A stretch of DNA of 63,912 nucleotides, counting the filler, from Dimorphilus gyrociliatus (lineage: Eukaryota; Animalia; Annelida): the NCBI GenBank assembly GCA_904063045.1. It is 7 parts of 7 records of this genome, joined end to end, with 100 filler letters (N's around TTAATTAATTAA, not from the genome) between each part and the next. Parts side by side here need not be neighbours in the genome. Positions count along the whole stretch, not along the records: positions 1 to 13,574 come from CAJFCJ010000242.1; positions 13,675 to 34,002 come from CAJFCJ010000183.1; 5 more parts are not named here. One strand, 5' to 3'. Below are positions 12,074 through 27,400 of the stretch, one piece after another (position 1 is the first letter of the stretch; the number at the start of each line of letters is the position of its first letter). The notes beneath the pieces were generated by a model, which saw nothing but the letters and a program-made list of their open reading frames with translations, had not been told where the DNA came from and ran no database searches. A program made the position numbers and the translations under genes.

Positions 12074-13574
12074 ATGGCAGAAGGAGAAAATGGAAATGCC
12101 ACTGGGGCAGTTACAGACTCTAACCCTTCAACCCCAGCAACTCCAACAATTACAATTCAGCCAGCAGGAATGTCAGAAAGGCAACAAAGACTAATTGAAG
12201 ACTATGATAGATTGGTGAGTGAAATGAAAAGAAATCGAATCACAATTCCAACAGATCATGGAGATGGAACACATCACCCAGCACAGAACCCAAATGTTGA
12301 TATCACAACAGTAATTCAAGCATTAAGGGCTGCTTGGGACTGCCCTCAAAGAACTATTCTCAAGTTGTATGATGGAAGCAAGGAGTGTTCAAAATTCAAA
12401 GAAGACTTTAATCAGGCATGTTATACTTATGGTTGGATAGGAGAAGATGTTGTGAAAGCAAATCTTTTAGATTATTTAACTGGTCCTGCAAAGGATTTGG
12501 TGTTGGCTCTGGATGGAGAGCCTACTGTGGAGGAAATATGGAAAGCCCTCCATGACGAATTTGATCTGGATCCTTTGGAGTATCAAGAGAAATTGCTTAA
12601 CTTAAAGCAAATGAATGGCGAAAGTGTGGTTCAGTTTGTTAATAGAACAAAGAAATTGATAAAGAGGTTTTCTCCACCTAGACCAATGGAACCACAATTG
12701 CTTGCAACTATGAAAGAAATAAAACTGATGGAAGTTTTACAAAGAGGATTACAACAGGATATTCTACATTTAGTGTACACCTTACATCCTAAATGTCAAA
12801 CATTGGCAGAACTATATGAGGCTGCTAAGCAAGCAGAAACTTCATTAAAACTAACTCAAAGAAAACCGATCACAATGGTGTCAAAATTGGAAACTCAACA
12901 AAGAAAAGAGACCAAAAAGACCCAGGTAATCAGAAAAGATGCTTCTACAGAAACCCCAAATTTTTGGAATAGAAAGCATGTACCTGACAACAAAAATGCT
13001 ACTAAAGAAAAGTTTTCAAGCCAAAAAGTACAAAAGTATGCACCAACTACAACAAACAGGTATTATAAGAAAAATCAACCAGCAAAGATGATACTGAAAG
13101 AGGAACCTAAGCTACAAAAATTAGAAACATTAGACAATGAAAGCATGTCAGAAAACGACGAAGTTCAAGATATTCTCTGTTTTTCAGATAGTGACGAATC
13201 CACTTGTCAGCTGTTACAAAGCAAACAATCTGAGCGAAATGCTTCAACATTTATTGGACAATTTGAAACTAATACTGGTTTTAAGTTGATGCCTTGATAG
13301 ACTCTGGTAGTGACAGATCTTTCATTTCAAAAAAGGTATTAAGACAAGTTCAAGGAAAAGCATCCTTCCCAGAAGAAACTGTGAAAAATGCTAGAGATGC
13401 TTCAGGAAATAGCATCGAGATATGTGGAGAAATCATTCTCAGACTTTATTTTAATGGAAAGATTATTAAACAACACTTTCTGATCAACAAAATCATTACA
13501 CAACAATGTATTATTGGGTGTGACTTTCTACAACAAAATGGAGCTACCCTTGACTTTGGCAAGAGACAGATTAT
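12074..13574 (+). mobile_element. gag-pol: Ty3/Gypsy gag-protease, copy A, truncated at contig end
   Basis: ATG GCA GAA GGA at 12074; near-identical to copy E; DSG protease follows a 1-nt deletion (AAGTTGAT versus AAGTTTGAT) at ~13285. Confidence 0.9.
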
Positions 13575-13674
13575 NNNNNNNNNNNNNNNNNNNNNNNNNN
13601 NNNNNNNNNNNNNNNNNNTTAATTAATTAANNNNNNNNNNNNNNNNNNNNNNNNNNNNNNNNNNNNNNNNNNNN
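13575..13674. other. Artificial contig spacer
   Basis: N44-TTAATTAATTAA-N44; stop codons in all six frames. Confidence 0.97.
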
Positions 13675-14971
13675 AAAATACGAAAATATTTATTACAATT
13701 ACGAAGAGAACTGGAAAAATAGCCTGTTGTGTAAGAGTTTAGGTGTAACAATAAGATTTTCAATGATATTTACAATTGGTAATTTATTACTAATAAACCT
13801 TAATACATATTTGGCTGCCAATTTCCCAACAAAATATATATTCAATAAGAAGAAAACGTTCCTAGTCTTTTCAACTTTATTCCTACAATCGCTCCTATTA
13901 TCGCTCCTTCCCATTTTGATAAATGAGGTTAAGTTGTTCAAATATATACTGCATGTATATTAGACGCTTTAATAGAACGCTTTTTCTACATAGTCTTATA
14001 TGAACCACTCTTTCTATTGTTTTCATCTTATTGGTAAAATTCCGAAGGAAAGCGGGTGGCAAACAACTCTTCTAATATTCGGAATAGTTATTCCAATAGA
14101 GACGATAGCAGCTGAAATTTTGAACACACTATTGTTTAGAAGCAGCGTGAACTTATCAAATACTAGCAAATACAATTATAAATTTCTCTTTGCATTCTCA
14201 AATTTGTGTAGCATAATTTTGGTGTTTTTTCTCAGTTTTCAAAGTATTGTATAGCGTAGTTTTGCTCTTAAAATAATAATCATTTTTTCTCCCACCTTTA
14301 CCCGTTTAGATTTTAAAATTTTCACTTCAGAATCTCCTGTTACAATGACATTTGAATCTTTCACCATTCTACTGTTTATAATACATTTCTCTATATTAAA
14401 ACCATGCTGTTTACTTATTGTGGAAATCAAGAAAATGCTATTCAATATGAAGATGAAGAAGGTTAAAAAAGATCAAAGAAGATTTTTTGAAATGTCTTCA
14501 TCAGCTGATGAATATTGTTAGTTGAATTATCTCTTTTCATTCTTTAATCGTCTTTTTCTTCTTCTTCTTCATAGATTTGAAGTTTTTACAAACGGAAAAA
14601 TTGAAGAATTTAACTACGATAAATTTGGACAGTAGACACCTAGTTGCCCTAAAAAAGAAACACTTGGCAAACATTTGGGTTTTGTATTCTTGCTTGAATT
14701 CAATTTTGAAAGCAATTACTTTTATGCATAAAAAGAAACTATCATTTCACGACGATTTAACAATAAGTGATATTGTTGTTGAAGTGAGTTTTGAACTTAA
14801 ATTTTTAAGATTTGTATTTTTGTATTGTTTACATATATTTTACAGGTGAAAAATGAAAAGATTGTTGAATTTTATCTCTGCGCTACAAACCTCTGTATCT
14901 TAGATGATAAACAGGCCAGAGAAAACTCATTTGCCATTGGTCTATTAATTAAAAATAGCATTTCGAAATAA
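13675..14971 (+). CDS. 3' part of GRL101/LGR-like class A GPCR (paralogue 0) with kinase-like tail
   Basis: NYEENWKNSLLCKSLGVTIRFSMIFTIGNLLLINLNTYLAANFP aligns to paralogue 1 TM3 (YEEEWKESVMCMGLG...LDRYFVVKFP). TM7 HFSILKPC; introns at 14517-14574 and 14784-14845. Confidence 0.75.
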
Positions 14972-15196
14972 AAACAAGCATAGGCGTTACGTTATTTTTA
15001 CCTTATGTATTCAACATCAAAACTGATAGGCTTAGAAACAACAGAGAACATCTAAATATGTAAATTTTTATTAAAATAATGAAACGTGATAGGAAAATGT
15101 TTCATTTAAATTTTAAAATTAATAAAAAAAGGAAATATTTTTATAATATATAAAAATAATTGTTTTCAAACTCACACATGTTTGAATTGTTTGAAC

Positions 15197-18100
15197 ATGT
15201 ATTATAGATTTTTTTCGCTTGATCTCCTTATATTGTTTGTTAAAGTATACTGTATAAGGGGAGCACTTGTAGTAGATAAGAATAATACAGTAGTTCGATT
15301 AAATAGAGAACGTTCTTCCACGGTTCCGGTTAATTTTTCACCCCAATTTCTATCTTTAGAAAATAATATTTGTCAAAATATTGATGGCCAAAACACTAAA
15401 TCAATGGTTTTTGGTTGTGAAATTACAAGTTTGGTATTATTCTTTATTATCGCTCACCTTATTATTTTTGTGTCTTTTGAAGAAGGAGATGAATATCTTA
15501 CATTGAATTTTTATGGAGACCAAGAAGACCTTAGAATTGCTGATGATAGAATGATCTTAAACTGTATAAAGTGCGGTCGTACACAAAGTACTATCTTTGC
15601 TTTTCTGTCATCTATTATGTAATAAATTAAACATTCCCTTTCATATTAAAAGTGGTATATGGTAGCTTCGCTAAAGAAATACACCCTCTATTAAGTATTC
15701 AATTTTTTTTCTTTTTGAACGCCCTTTGTCAATTAGACGCCTCGGAATCTTAGACGCCGAGTATTCTTTGCAGTTGAGGAATAATGATTATATTTTTAAG
15801 ACTGACAACGAAATAAGACAAGAGACTATACATGGAAGATTAAAAATTAAGCAAATTGGAGTGTGGTGGAACGCTTATTTGTCAGATCGATCAGATAGAG
15901 GAGCTCAGCTTATTTGCAAATATTTCGGATATCCTCACGGCTCAATAGAGCTTGGAATAATTCAAAAAATACATTCATTCCACATTGTTGAAATAATCTG
16001 CAACAGAAATGAAACTAAAATTTCAGATTGTAAATTTAAATTTCGAAGGTTCGTTTTGTTTATTTATAAATAATATTTGAAAATTTTTGTTCTATAAATA
16101 GAAATAGATATAGAAATGGAAACAGAGTTAATCTCTACGATTCGTTACAAGTGAAATGTTCTAGAGAACCTAACCAACGTATGGAAGAGTTTGAATATTT
16201 AAATATTTAGAATTTTATATCATAAATATTTATTAGACAAATGTCCCGGATCTCATAGTTTAAGTATACAGGGTATTTGTTATTACTTTTTCACGACAAA
16301 TACTTTATTATCTGTAAATGATGCTTATGAAAAATGTCATCAAAGGAATTTTACTGGTCCAGACGTTTCTAATAGCAACTTTATAAATCACATGAGACTG
16401 CTCAAGAGATTGCGTTATCGCGATCTTAAATTTCTTTATTTCCTAAGTTCAAAATTAAAAAATCATTCAATCATTTCTTTATATAATAAAAACTAAATCC
16501 AACATATTCAGAAATTAAGAAATCACCTATACACAAAGACAAATACGTAACTGAATTAAATAGGCCTATTGATATGTTTGTACCAGATATAACGGAGGTG
16601 GAAAAAAAATAAATTTGCTATATCGGCGTTGTTGAATAATTCTTTTCTTTTTTTTTTACAGATTGATCACCTACTCACATACGACATTCATGTTATTTCG
16701 GAAGAGGAATTAGTACAAAAACAACTAGTGTTGTCTAAAGATTGCCTCTCAATAAGATATGTTGCTACAAATATCTATAGAAGTGTATACACGTCCAGCG
16801 TCTCTTGTGAGAGGAAAATTTTGAGCTACTATATATGCCAGTACATTCCAAGTTAAAAGTTGCTTACACTTTATGAATTGATTGAGTTAAGAAATTATTT
16901 TTTCAACAAAACAGAATTTGCTATTACAGAACAACCAGAATTTTATTGGAATAGTCAATTAAAGCTCAAGAATTACTCTCCTTGTTCATTTCACAATACC
17001 AAATGTGCAGAAAAGGGTAAATACTTATTTGTTGCAATTCAGGGGAAGGTGGGTTAATACTGGGTCAGTGAATGTAAATAATACTAATAGCGGTTAGGTT
17101 AATTGTAAAACATTAAGTGTATGCTCTCAATACCATCTTCAAACCAAAAAATACAGATAGCATATTTAGCTATAATTTTTCTGCTGAAACATTCTTCATC
17201 TGTCCTCCTTTAACTTACAACTGTACTCAACATTCAATATGCATCAATATTTTCTACGTTTGTGACGGACTTCCGGATTGTCCGAATGGAGAAGATGAAC
17301 GGAATTGTTCATATCACTATTTCAAATGTTTAGAGTCGGGCGAGAGAATATCAATAAATCTGGTTTGTAATGAAAATGCTGATTGCGCTGATTCGTCGGA
17401 CGAAACAATTTGTGGTAATTACATTACACAACTTCCAATGTTGACGGAAAGCGTTGACTATTTGTATGGACGTTTTCTGTTGCATTCACAACTATCACGA
17501 AGTACATAATCCTTAACCTATTGCTGTTTTACAGACAAAACAGACGATTGCACAATGGAAGGGTAACCAATCAACACGTAGATAAAAATATACGTTATAT
17601 GATATTTATATGCGTAAATAATACTTTCAGCATTATATGCGACAATGAAAGGAATTGTTTAGATTCAAAAGATGAAAGCGAATGCAACCGATTAGTTCTT
17701 AGAAGGGGTAAATAGAAATGATTATGGTGATAACAACTTTTATATATAAATATAAATCCATAAATAGAATGTTTGTCTGACGAACAATTTTCTTGCGGAT
17801 ATAATTGTTTAGCGAACGATAAATTTTGTGACTTTCGATTCGATTGCACTAAAACTGACGACGAAAGAGACTGTTTTGATGAGTTGGTATATCAATAGTT
17901 CAGATAAGAAATACATTTGTTTATTTTCTTTTGATCAGTTTTGATAGGCCTAACTACAAACTATTTATTTATGAACTCACATCTTATTTTCAAGAAGAAG
18001 AGTAGACAATTCATTTTTCATTCTATTCAGAGAGAATAATTATTATATTATTCAGATATATCGATCCTTCCCGACTTTGGGAAATTTGCAAGAGAACCAC

Positions 18101-20945
18101 TAATATTATAAGGTTAGTCTGGTCCTTTGAATTCCTATTGAAAAGGTTAGGAAAATAGATAATCTCTTTTATACCAACAGATATCCAACAGGAAGTAGAA
18201 TATTCAAAAATAATTCAGAGAGTGGTTGTATATCCCTCTTTTATAGCATAACACGGTAATATAGCATTTTTAACTGATTGATCATAATCCTCTAAATTGA
18301 CAGTCCGAATCAGAAAAGATCAAGACATTTCTTTCCAACAAAATGTCGGCTAACCTACGATTCAATGGGAAATTTATTAAATAAATTACACTTTCCTTTC
18401 CATGATTTAATGAATTGCGAAGAGGCTGAATGTGATCCTGGTGAATATCAGTGTAAAAGCACTAGATATTGTATATCTATTGAACAAATCTGCGATGGAT
18501 ACAATCACTGTTGGAACGAGGATGACGAAATTAATTGTGGTAACTTCAATACAAAAGCCTCTCATCCGTTTTTATAAATATTACAAAATTTTTAGAACAT
18601 TTCATTCCATCTGGATTTTTTAAATGTCGCTATGGCGGCAAATATATTGAAACTGTAAAAGTTTGTGACGGAATTGTTGATTGCAGTAAGGGAAGCGACG
18701 AATTATTCTGCATTAAAAATATTAAATGTCACCAGTCTTGTCTCTGTCTCCAACCTTACGTTATTGAATGCAATTTTGAACCAGAAAGTATCATTGAAAC
18801 GTTCAACGTTTCTTGGTTTTCTCTCAATTCTTGGTTTAAAGTCATTGTACTAAAGAATTACAAGAACTTAAATGGTTTCATAAATTCGAGTCAAGTGGTA
18901 TATGGTCATTTTGAAAATGTGAATATAGATAATTTCAGTATAATCGCCTCAGCACCCAACATTATAAAATTAATTTTGAGAGGAAATCACTTTAGATCAT
19001 TAGAGAATTTCGAATTGAATTCCTACAAATTGCAATATTTAGATTTATCCAAAAATCCTTTAGATAAATTGGCTAATTTCTCATTTGAAACATTTCAAAA
19101 TTTAATTTATTTAGATTTATCAAATACAAAAATTCTTCATTTTCATAATAGTTTATTTCTGAAATTGAATAAATTACAAGTATTAAAATTATCAGAATTA
19201 AACATAAAAATGATTGAATTCAACTGTTTTGAACCTTTAATCAATTTGAAAGAAATACATTTGAATGGAACGATTTTTCAATTAAAATTTATCAAGAGAA
19301 TATTAAAACATTTGAAAAATATTCAAAAGGTTTATAATGAGTTCTATCAAGTTTGCTGTTTAATAAACATGTTCAAGAGTAATTTAACTTGCACACCGGA
19401 TTTATCAAAAGTTGAACCATGTTATAATTTCCTATTGAAAAACTATATTCAGATTTTTTGTTTCGTTTCGAGTGCTGTTGGATTACTAACAAATGGTATG
19501 GTATTAATTATCCTTGTTAAAACGTTCTATAGGCCGTCGCAGATTTTCTCAATTCTATTTTCAATTGGTAATATATGTATCCTGCTTTGTTTGCTCATCA
19601 TCTCCTTTTACGATTTGAAATATCAAGGCGTCTATTACAAATACGAAGAGGAATGGAAGGAGAGTGTTATGTGTATGGGTTTAGGGGTTGCAATGACGTT
19701 TTCAATGTTGTTTACAACTGGAATTCTATTATTAATAAGTCTTGATAGGTATTTTGTTGTTAAATTTCCATTAAAAAAGCTCATTGAAAAGAGAGAAGTT
19801 TTCTTATTATCTTTGTTTGTCTTCGTTGAAGCTTCTTTATTAGCATTCCTTCCAATTTTTGTCAATCAGGTAATAAGTAGACTTTTCACAGCTTAATACT
19901 TCTTACAAGTTTCTATTTGAAAAATAGTCTTTTTTCCAAGATTCACGGATCTGTTTTTATCTGTTTACAAAAAGTACCAAAGATACTGGATGGCAATTTA
20001 CTCCCCTTATTTTCTCTGTCATTATTCCATTAGAGACGCTGGCGACAGCTGTCATCTATATATTACTTTATACAGCCGTTTATTTTTCGAGAAAGAGCTT
20101 CAGTCACGGCACAAAGGCTACAACTCTGAACCTATCAACCCACCTGGTGATTGGAAATCTAACTAGTCTTATAATATGGACAATTTTATCTGTTATAAGT
20201 AGAACTGTTCCCATAATTGAAGCATATTTAAGGCTAAAACGATTTGCAGACATCACAAGAATATTTATCAATCAGAAACTATCATTTACGGAGGATATCT
20301 GGATTACTGTTTTTGTTATCTTTGTACAGCACGTCTGCAATCCTATCATATTCTTTTTTAAAGAATGGAAAGATTATATATCGTTTAGTGAGGAGAAAGA
20401 AAGACTTTTACATTTGAATTTAAAGGCCCAAGCTTTTTCAGAATCTCACGAAAGATGTTGTTTGAAACACCTTCTCTTCTAAGATTCCAATTGTAGTATC
20501 TTCTATTTCTCATTAACAGATATGTCATTTATTAATGAAAAGGCGAAGCACAATATAATATCATACCCATCTCAAATTCGTATGATTCCCTTATCACTAA
20601 ATAGATTATATCTAATCAATGTAAAAGAGTTTTTCAAATGCATAAAAGTATTGACAAAAGTACTAGCTTATCTTCACAATCATAAATTTTCACCAACTGA
20701 TGATTTTTCCAATGATTCTATGAAAAAGGTAAAAGTAACAAAATTTACAGAAAGTATAAAAACAACTGAATGAAAATTTCGAAAATTTTTCACCGGTAAT
20801 AAAGATAAATGAAAACAGAAATATTGAGTACTATTTTGTTGTAAAAAACGTATGTGCAGCAACAAATGAAACTAAAAGAAAGGATGTACTCAAACTTGGT
20901 TCGCTGATGAGAAGAATATTAGTAAAAACTAAGCAGGATATATAA
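15197..20945 (+). CDS. Multi-exon GRL101/LGR-like GPCR (paralogue 1): signal peptide, SRCR-like, C-type-lectin-like, multiple LDLa, LRR, 7TM, kinase-like tail
   Basis: SRCR-like AQLICKYFGY (~15900); CTLD-like CPGSHSLSIQGICYYF (~16240) and YYICQ; LDLa CDGLPDCPNGEDERNC and others (17190-18790); LRRs (18895-19400); LDRY in TM3; CNPII in TM7. Exon boundaries are approximate. Confidence 0.8.
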
Positions 20946-21472
20946 AATGATGAATATGAAATTATGTTTGTCAATAATACATTCTTAAAATCTACAATCG
21001 TTCTTTCAATTCAATTTTTGTTGCCCTATATCAAAGTTTAGTATATCTAGGCAATAAAATTCATATCTTCTTTTTTAAAGATTCAAAATCGGAAATAGAA
21101 TCTGATCATATTTTGAATAATAATTAATTCATAAATTCAAAATTATCTGTTCATTTTATAAATTCTATTACAAAATAAAGAATATTTTAAACCGGATCAT
21201 CCTAATTTACGCGATTATTCAAAGATAAAATAGTGTTCTGAAATGAGCGCCACGGCAAAACTCGATATGAATAATAAAGGCCTATTAAAAACCCAATATC
21301 TTCAATTAGTTTAGTTTTTTCTCTTTTTTTGCTATCAATGCTGGAATATAATGCAGTTGGATCAAAAGATAAGTCCAATTAGGAGAGAAATATGCAAACT
21401 ATATTTTACAAGGTGAAATATCTAATAATTATTTTCGTCTTCGTTTTGAATTGAAGATAAGAATAGAGAAAG

Positions 21473-24400
21473 ATGAGAAAAATTGAATATTTCATCATAA
21501 ATAACTTAATAAATATTGTGTATATTATGCCAATAAATTCGAAACAGAATTTTACATTGGAGATAATAGAAGATGGTGGATCTTTTGTTGTTGGAAAATT
21601 ATTTGCAACTGCTCAGAATCAGAGGTTTACTCTTCCAATTGCCTATGGCGGTTGCGCAATTAAATATACAAACGATATATGTAACTATTTAGGATATGAC
21701 AATTTTCATCACGTGGCTTTTAAATGTCAAAATCAAAGTTAATATAATACGAAAATATTTCAAGAAAATATTTCTATAATTCTTACTTTTAGATCCATTC
21801 AGAAGTGCATTCTACATTCTCCTTGAATCTTTCCATTGCTGTAGAGTGTGAGGATGATATGAGTAGAAATATCGTCCCTTATAAATGCTGACATTTTCCA
21901 GGGAACATTTTAGGAATTTTTTCAGAATACCAGGACAATATTTCTGTTTAAAATGCTTTAAAACAAATGTTGCATGTAAATTGAAATATTTTTTGCTTAT
22001 TTTGTTTGTTTTTACCTGTTTAAAATAATTGAATTTTTCCAGACTTATTCGCCAATAAGATAACAAAATTTCAGTATTCAATATTTCATAGATATCAAAA
22101 GTCTTCTTCCTATTTGGTTGGTGTTAAAAATCTAACAAAGGAACAGTGCGAAAATGTGAATTTCTTTAAAACTTACAAGAGTTATACAACGAATAAATAT
22201 GAAATATTAATAAAATTTGATAATAATACTTTAGAAACTAAAGTCTGGAATTTTGATAAAACAGTTCAAAAGCTTAATTGCTCATTTAACGATATGAAAG
22301 GTTTGTTTTGAATGTATGAATGAATGAATTGAATTCTGATGTTGCTTTTTTGCCATATTTCGACGATAGATTCAAAAATTATGTTGAAAGAAATTAAAAA
22401 ATCTCACAAAGATTTTTTTACCGAGTGGAGAGTTTCGATTTGGTCGAAAACCTATGGTTTATTACCTCTAGTTCAAGGTCATTCGCCCAAATACGAATCA
22501 ACTACTAAACAAATGCTTTGCAAAAGTAAAGGACTCTTAGCCGTATCATTCGGCGGTAGCAGTAGAGCTTTCAATGACACAGGAAAAGTATAGCAGATGA
22601 CAAATTTTCTCCTTTTTAAACAAGAATATAGAATAGTTAATTTTTTGTTCTCGTAGTTTTTCCATTGTCCAAGAGAGTTGGACGATATACCTTTCTTTGT
22701 AAGTTATCGCTAAATAATAAGTTAATTAATAAACTAATTAACTATCATTCTAAATATATATAGAATCGTGTTTTATATTTCTGTGATTGGTTAGCCGAAC
22801 ATTTACTCGGTTGTGAATATATGGAAAGGGATTTCGGCATCTTCATCGACAAGATTGTTTGTGAAGAGAATATGAATTTTAGAGGTTTAAAATACAAATA
22901 GAAAAAAATTAAGAAATGTCTCTAACATGTATCTTATCTTCTTCCCTTATCATGAAGAAAATGATTTTAGATTATATAATCCATCGGTTAATTATTATAA
23001 TTATAATAAGAGTTTGTTACTTGAACAAACAAGCATAATTGGCTATCCTCAAATCTTTAAGGAAAACACATGGAAAAATATATTAATTTTTGATTTAAAA
23101 CAACACATTCCGATTCTAATTTGTAAATATTTTGGCTACGAAAATGGCTATTTAGACGTCACGTCTGAAAAAAAAAAAAAACAACAGAGTATTGAAATAT
23201 TTGGATCTAGAGAGATTATTTGTAATTATTCAACTACGCATTTAAGAAATTGTCAAACATTTCCATCCAATAAAATATATACAGAAAGGTAAGTTTATCA
23301 ACATTAACAAACAAGGAGAAATGTTTGTCTTCCTTTAAGAAAAGTTCCAGAACTGCTATCATACGTATTACAAGATGTTCTAATCTTTTGTTCAAATTCA
23401 AAAATCAACAGTAATTTCAATACAATTTTTCAATCGATGTGTTTTTGTTTTTGTCTAAATTTCTCATTTATAGAATGTCCATACAACGATTCGATTAAGA
23501 TTTCGTACATTTGTTATACGTTCTTTACGGATAAAGTTAAGTTATCAACTGTTGACATTCAAGAAAGATGTAAAGATAGAAATTTAACAATGCTTGATGA
23601 GTCATTTATCGGTTTTGTTAATGTTTTAATGGTTTTGAAAATGTATTATAAAAAAATTATTAAAGATAAAAATATCAAAAAGTTTAATGAAAATATCGTA
23701 TTTTCAACAGGTAGATTCATTTTGGGGTTATTTTCGGTGATGGTAGTTCACCATTAGGATGGCCAATGTCATATTTTAGAGTTAATAAAATCCATTTTCT
23801 TTAAAGATTGTATTATCTACATAAATTGCCTCTTTTAAGTGAACTAGCCATCAAGCTAATTTAATAAATATATTGCTTTAACTTCTCTCTTGAACAGCTT
23901 TGCAGAAGATTAAATATGCACAAGATGAACATCTTATAACTCCATCCCATCTTCCATTTAGTTATTGGTCACCTCTAATTCCAAAGAAGAAATCAGGCCG
24001 CATAAGACGAAGAAAGTTTTAATAAATATGGAATATGTAACCAGTTTAGGAAGGGTTTTCTACATGAGTTATATATTCTATATAAAGCTCTATATGAATT
24101 TTAAACCTAATGTTTAAGTTTCTTGCTATCTCTCTCTCTCTCTCCATAGAAATGAAATTAGACATTTTGGAAAGTACCGATAATTTAATGGACGTTCTGA
24201 ATCCTCAAGATCATTGCTACTACTTTCTTCCTTCGAATTTCGATGAAGAGAAAGGGATTAGTATTAAAAAAAAGATTATTCCCTGCTTAATGACAATAAG
24301 GAATGAATACATTTGCCAAAAAGTGCTTCGTAAGAAACCAAATTAGAAATTATTTCTCGATTAATCCATTCTCTTTAGATACTGGACAAATGCTATCAAA

Positions 24401-27400
24401 ACTATTAATAAATAGTACATTTGAATGTCCAAAGAACACTTTTCAATGCTCTACGAGCGAATTATGTGTAAGCTATTTACAAGTTTGCGATAATTTTACA
24501 GATTGCAGTGCAGGTGAAGACGAATTAAACTGTACAATTGGAAATAAATTTCGTTGTGTTAAATCTAATGAAGAAATCCCATCGCAGTTGGTTTGTAATT
24601 ATAAAGAAGATTGCAATGATGGCAGCGATGAGAGACAATGCTTTGGTAAAACCAGTTTACATTTCAATTTAACAGGTTCATCATATACGAATAGAACATG
24701 GAGGCAAGTATCTAAATATTTTATCAATTTCTATCGACCAAGTGATTTTTGTCGTTTAGTTGTGATCATTGGAGAAGTTTAGACAGTAACCAAGTGTGTG
24801 ATAATCAGTACAATTGCTTCGATAAGACTGATGAAAAATGTACAGAATATTGGAATGCTAGCATCAAGAAGATTGAATGTAAGTTATTTATGAAGATAAG
24901 ATAAGAGGAAAAAACGGATGATGTGTGAATATATGTTTTCAGTTTGTAGATCTGAATATCAGTTCAAATGCAATAATTATTGCCTACCACTTCATATGCA
25001 CTGTGATAAAGCAGTTCAATGCGAAGATAGATCAGACGAAAGCAATCAGTGCGAAAAGTTTATTAATATCAGAAAATTCAATTCTATTGTTTCAAGACAT
25101 AAATTTACAAGATGTAATATCATTTACGATTCAATTGGGAATTTAATTACAAAAGCTCACTTTCCATCCTATCCAAATGGAATATTTAATTGTAAAAAGA
25201 CTAATTGTTTCGGTGATTTTCTATGCTCAAAACACCAATTTTGCATTCCGATAGAAAATGTTTGCGACGGTTTAAATCATTGTTGGGATAACGAAGACGA
25301 ATTTAATTGCGGTTGATTGTTCTATCTAAGCCTATTCGAATAACCTTAACTTATTTTTAATTTTTAAAGGAAATATCCAGTTCAAAGGCTTTTTTCAATG
25401 TAAAAATGAGAGGAAGATCGTAAACGTTAGTAAGGTTTGCGATGGCATAATGGATTGTAAATGGGGGAATGATGAGATTTATTGTCCTGATAAAATACTT
25501 GAATGTCCAAACATGTGCTATTGCAGTCCAATATTCTTTTGGAATTGTACAACAGTGCAAAATCTTGCAAATATTTCTGCTAAATTAACAGCATCAATAT
25601 CATTAAGATATTTAGAGATTCATAATTCAAACATCTTTGATGTTTATCTATATTCTTTACATTTGATATCTTTAACATTAATTGATTGCAATTTATTTGA
25701 ATTTCCGAAAAATTTTATGACACCAAACGTAGTTTTATTGAATTTGAGGGAAAACAATTTTCAACAGTTGAAAATTTTAACTCTGAATATGTTGATTATT
25801 ATTCAGCACTTGGATATTTCCTATAATCCATTGAAGGATATATCAAATTTTATGTTGTTAAAAACATTGATATATTTAGACTTATCGTATACAAAAATAG
25901 GATATTTTAAATATTCATACTTTAAAAATATGAATTTATTAAAAATACTAAAATGTGTTAGTTGCCTTTTGAAAGTTGTTGAAGAGAATTCGTTTAATAA
26001 TCTATTGAAATTGGAGGAAATACACTTGAATTTAACAATTTTACCGATGAAAAATGAATATTTATTATTAAAATACCAAAAGAGATTAAAGATATTGCAT
26101 AGCGAATATTTTCCGCTGTGCTGTTATATTTTCTCTAGAACAAAATCAATTGAAAAGTGTACACCTTCTAAGATATCATTTAGTACTTGTTCTGACCTAT
26201 TGCGCAATAATTTAATAAGAATAATATGTTGGATAGTTGGAATATTTGGCCTAATTGGCAATATCATATCAATTTATTTTAGATTATCTCACTTTAAAAG
26301 ACAATCTCATACACTATATCTTTTGCTATCAGCATCCGATTTACTTATGTCAATTTATCTATTCCTTATCAGTTCTACAGATTTCTACTATAGAGGAAAT
26401 TTTTACAAATATATAATTAATTGGACATCTGGCAGTGTCTGTAAACTCTATGGATTTATAATTAACTTTTCATTAATCTATTCAATGATTAACCTGTTAC
26501 TTATAACAATTGAAAGATATAACGCTATCTTTTACGGATTTGATCATAGATTTTCCCTAAGAGATATAAATCTAATTCTATTGATTGTAGTATGTTTGAT
26601 AATGAGTACTGTACTTTCGTTATTCCCTGTTGTATATTATTCCGTAAATACGCGTACATGTCAATAATCGAGTGTGCATTGAAGTCTCTTTTCTTCTCTA
26701 TACAATTCCAGAATTATTTTTCATCTGTACCAATATGTTTCAAGTTATTTATTAGAAGTGAAAAGACGAGCGGATGGCTCTATTCATTTTTTGTGTTTTC
26801 AATAACAACTCTTGTTGTTATTTTAGTAATAACCGTTCTATATTTAAGAATTATCTTTGTAGTTAAGAAGAAAGATGATACAATTCAAAAATCAAATCCA
26901 GGAAAATCCAATTTATCATTGGCAATTTATTTAATTATTTTAACTAATCTATTATCCTGGATACCATTATCAATATTGGGTAATATACATAGTTATATGA
27001 GAAATAGTCACGCACATATTTTAAGTATGCCTCAACTTTTTTCTTGATAGGAATCCTTTCAACTTTTATAAGTATTTCTATGAATAATTTTACATATTTC
27101 CTAATAATTGTTACGCTTGTTCCAATTAATTCAACATTGAATCCATATTTTTTTTCCTTGTCTGAATTTCATTCGTTGAGGAAAAAGCGAAAAAAGAACA
27201 AAAAATTACTGTTGGAGACAGAATTGAAAAATCAAAAGAATATGGGAAAGAATCAATGCAAGTATTACCATCATCGTGTACTTGTCTTTTTTCCTTTTTA
27301 ATATTCAAATGTCTTTCTATTCGAAAAGGTATGAACTTTTTTAGATATGACAAACTCAACCACTTACTATGTTTATATACAACTGAACGCTTCTTTAATG

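Noticed and set aside
13270-13300. Programmed gag/pol ribosomal frameshift in copy A
   Set aside because: Copy E has one more T (AAGTTTGAT) and reads through in frame, so this is a 1-nt deletion or error.
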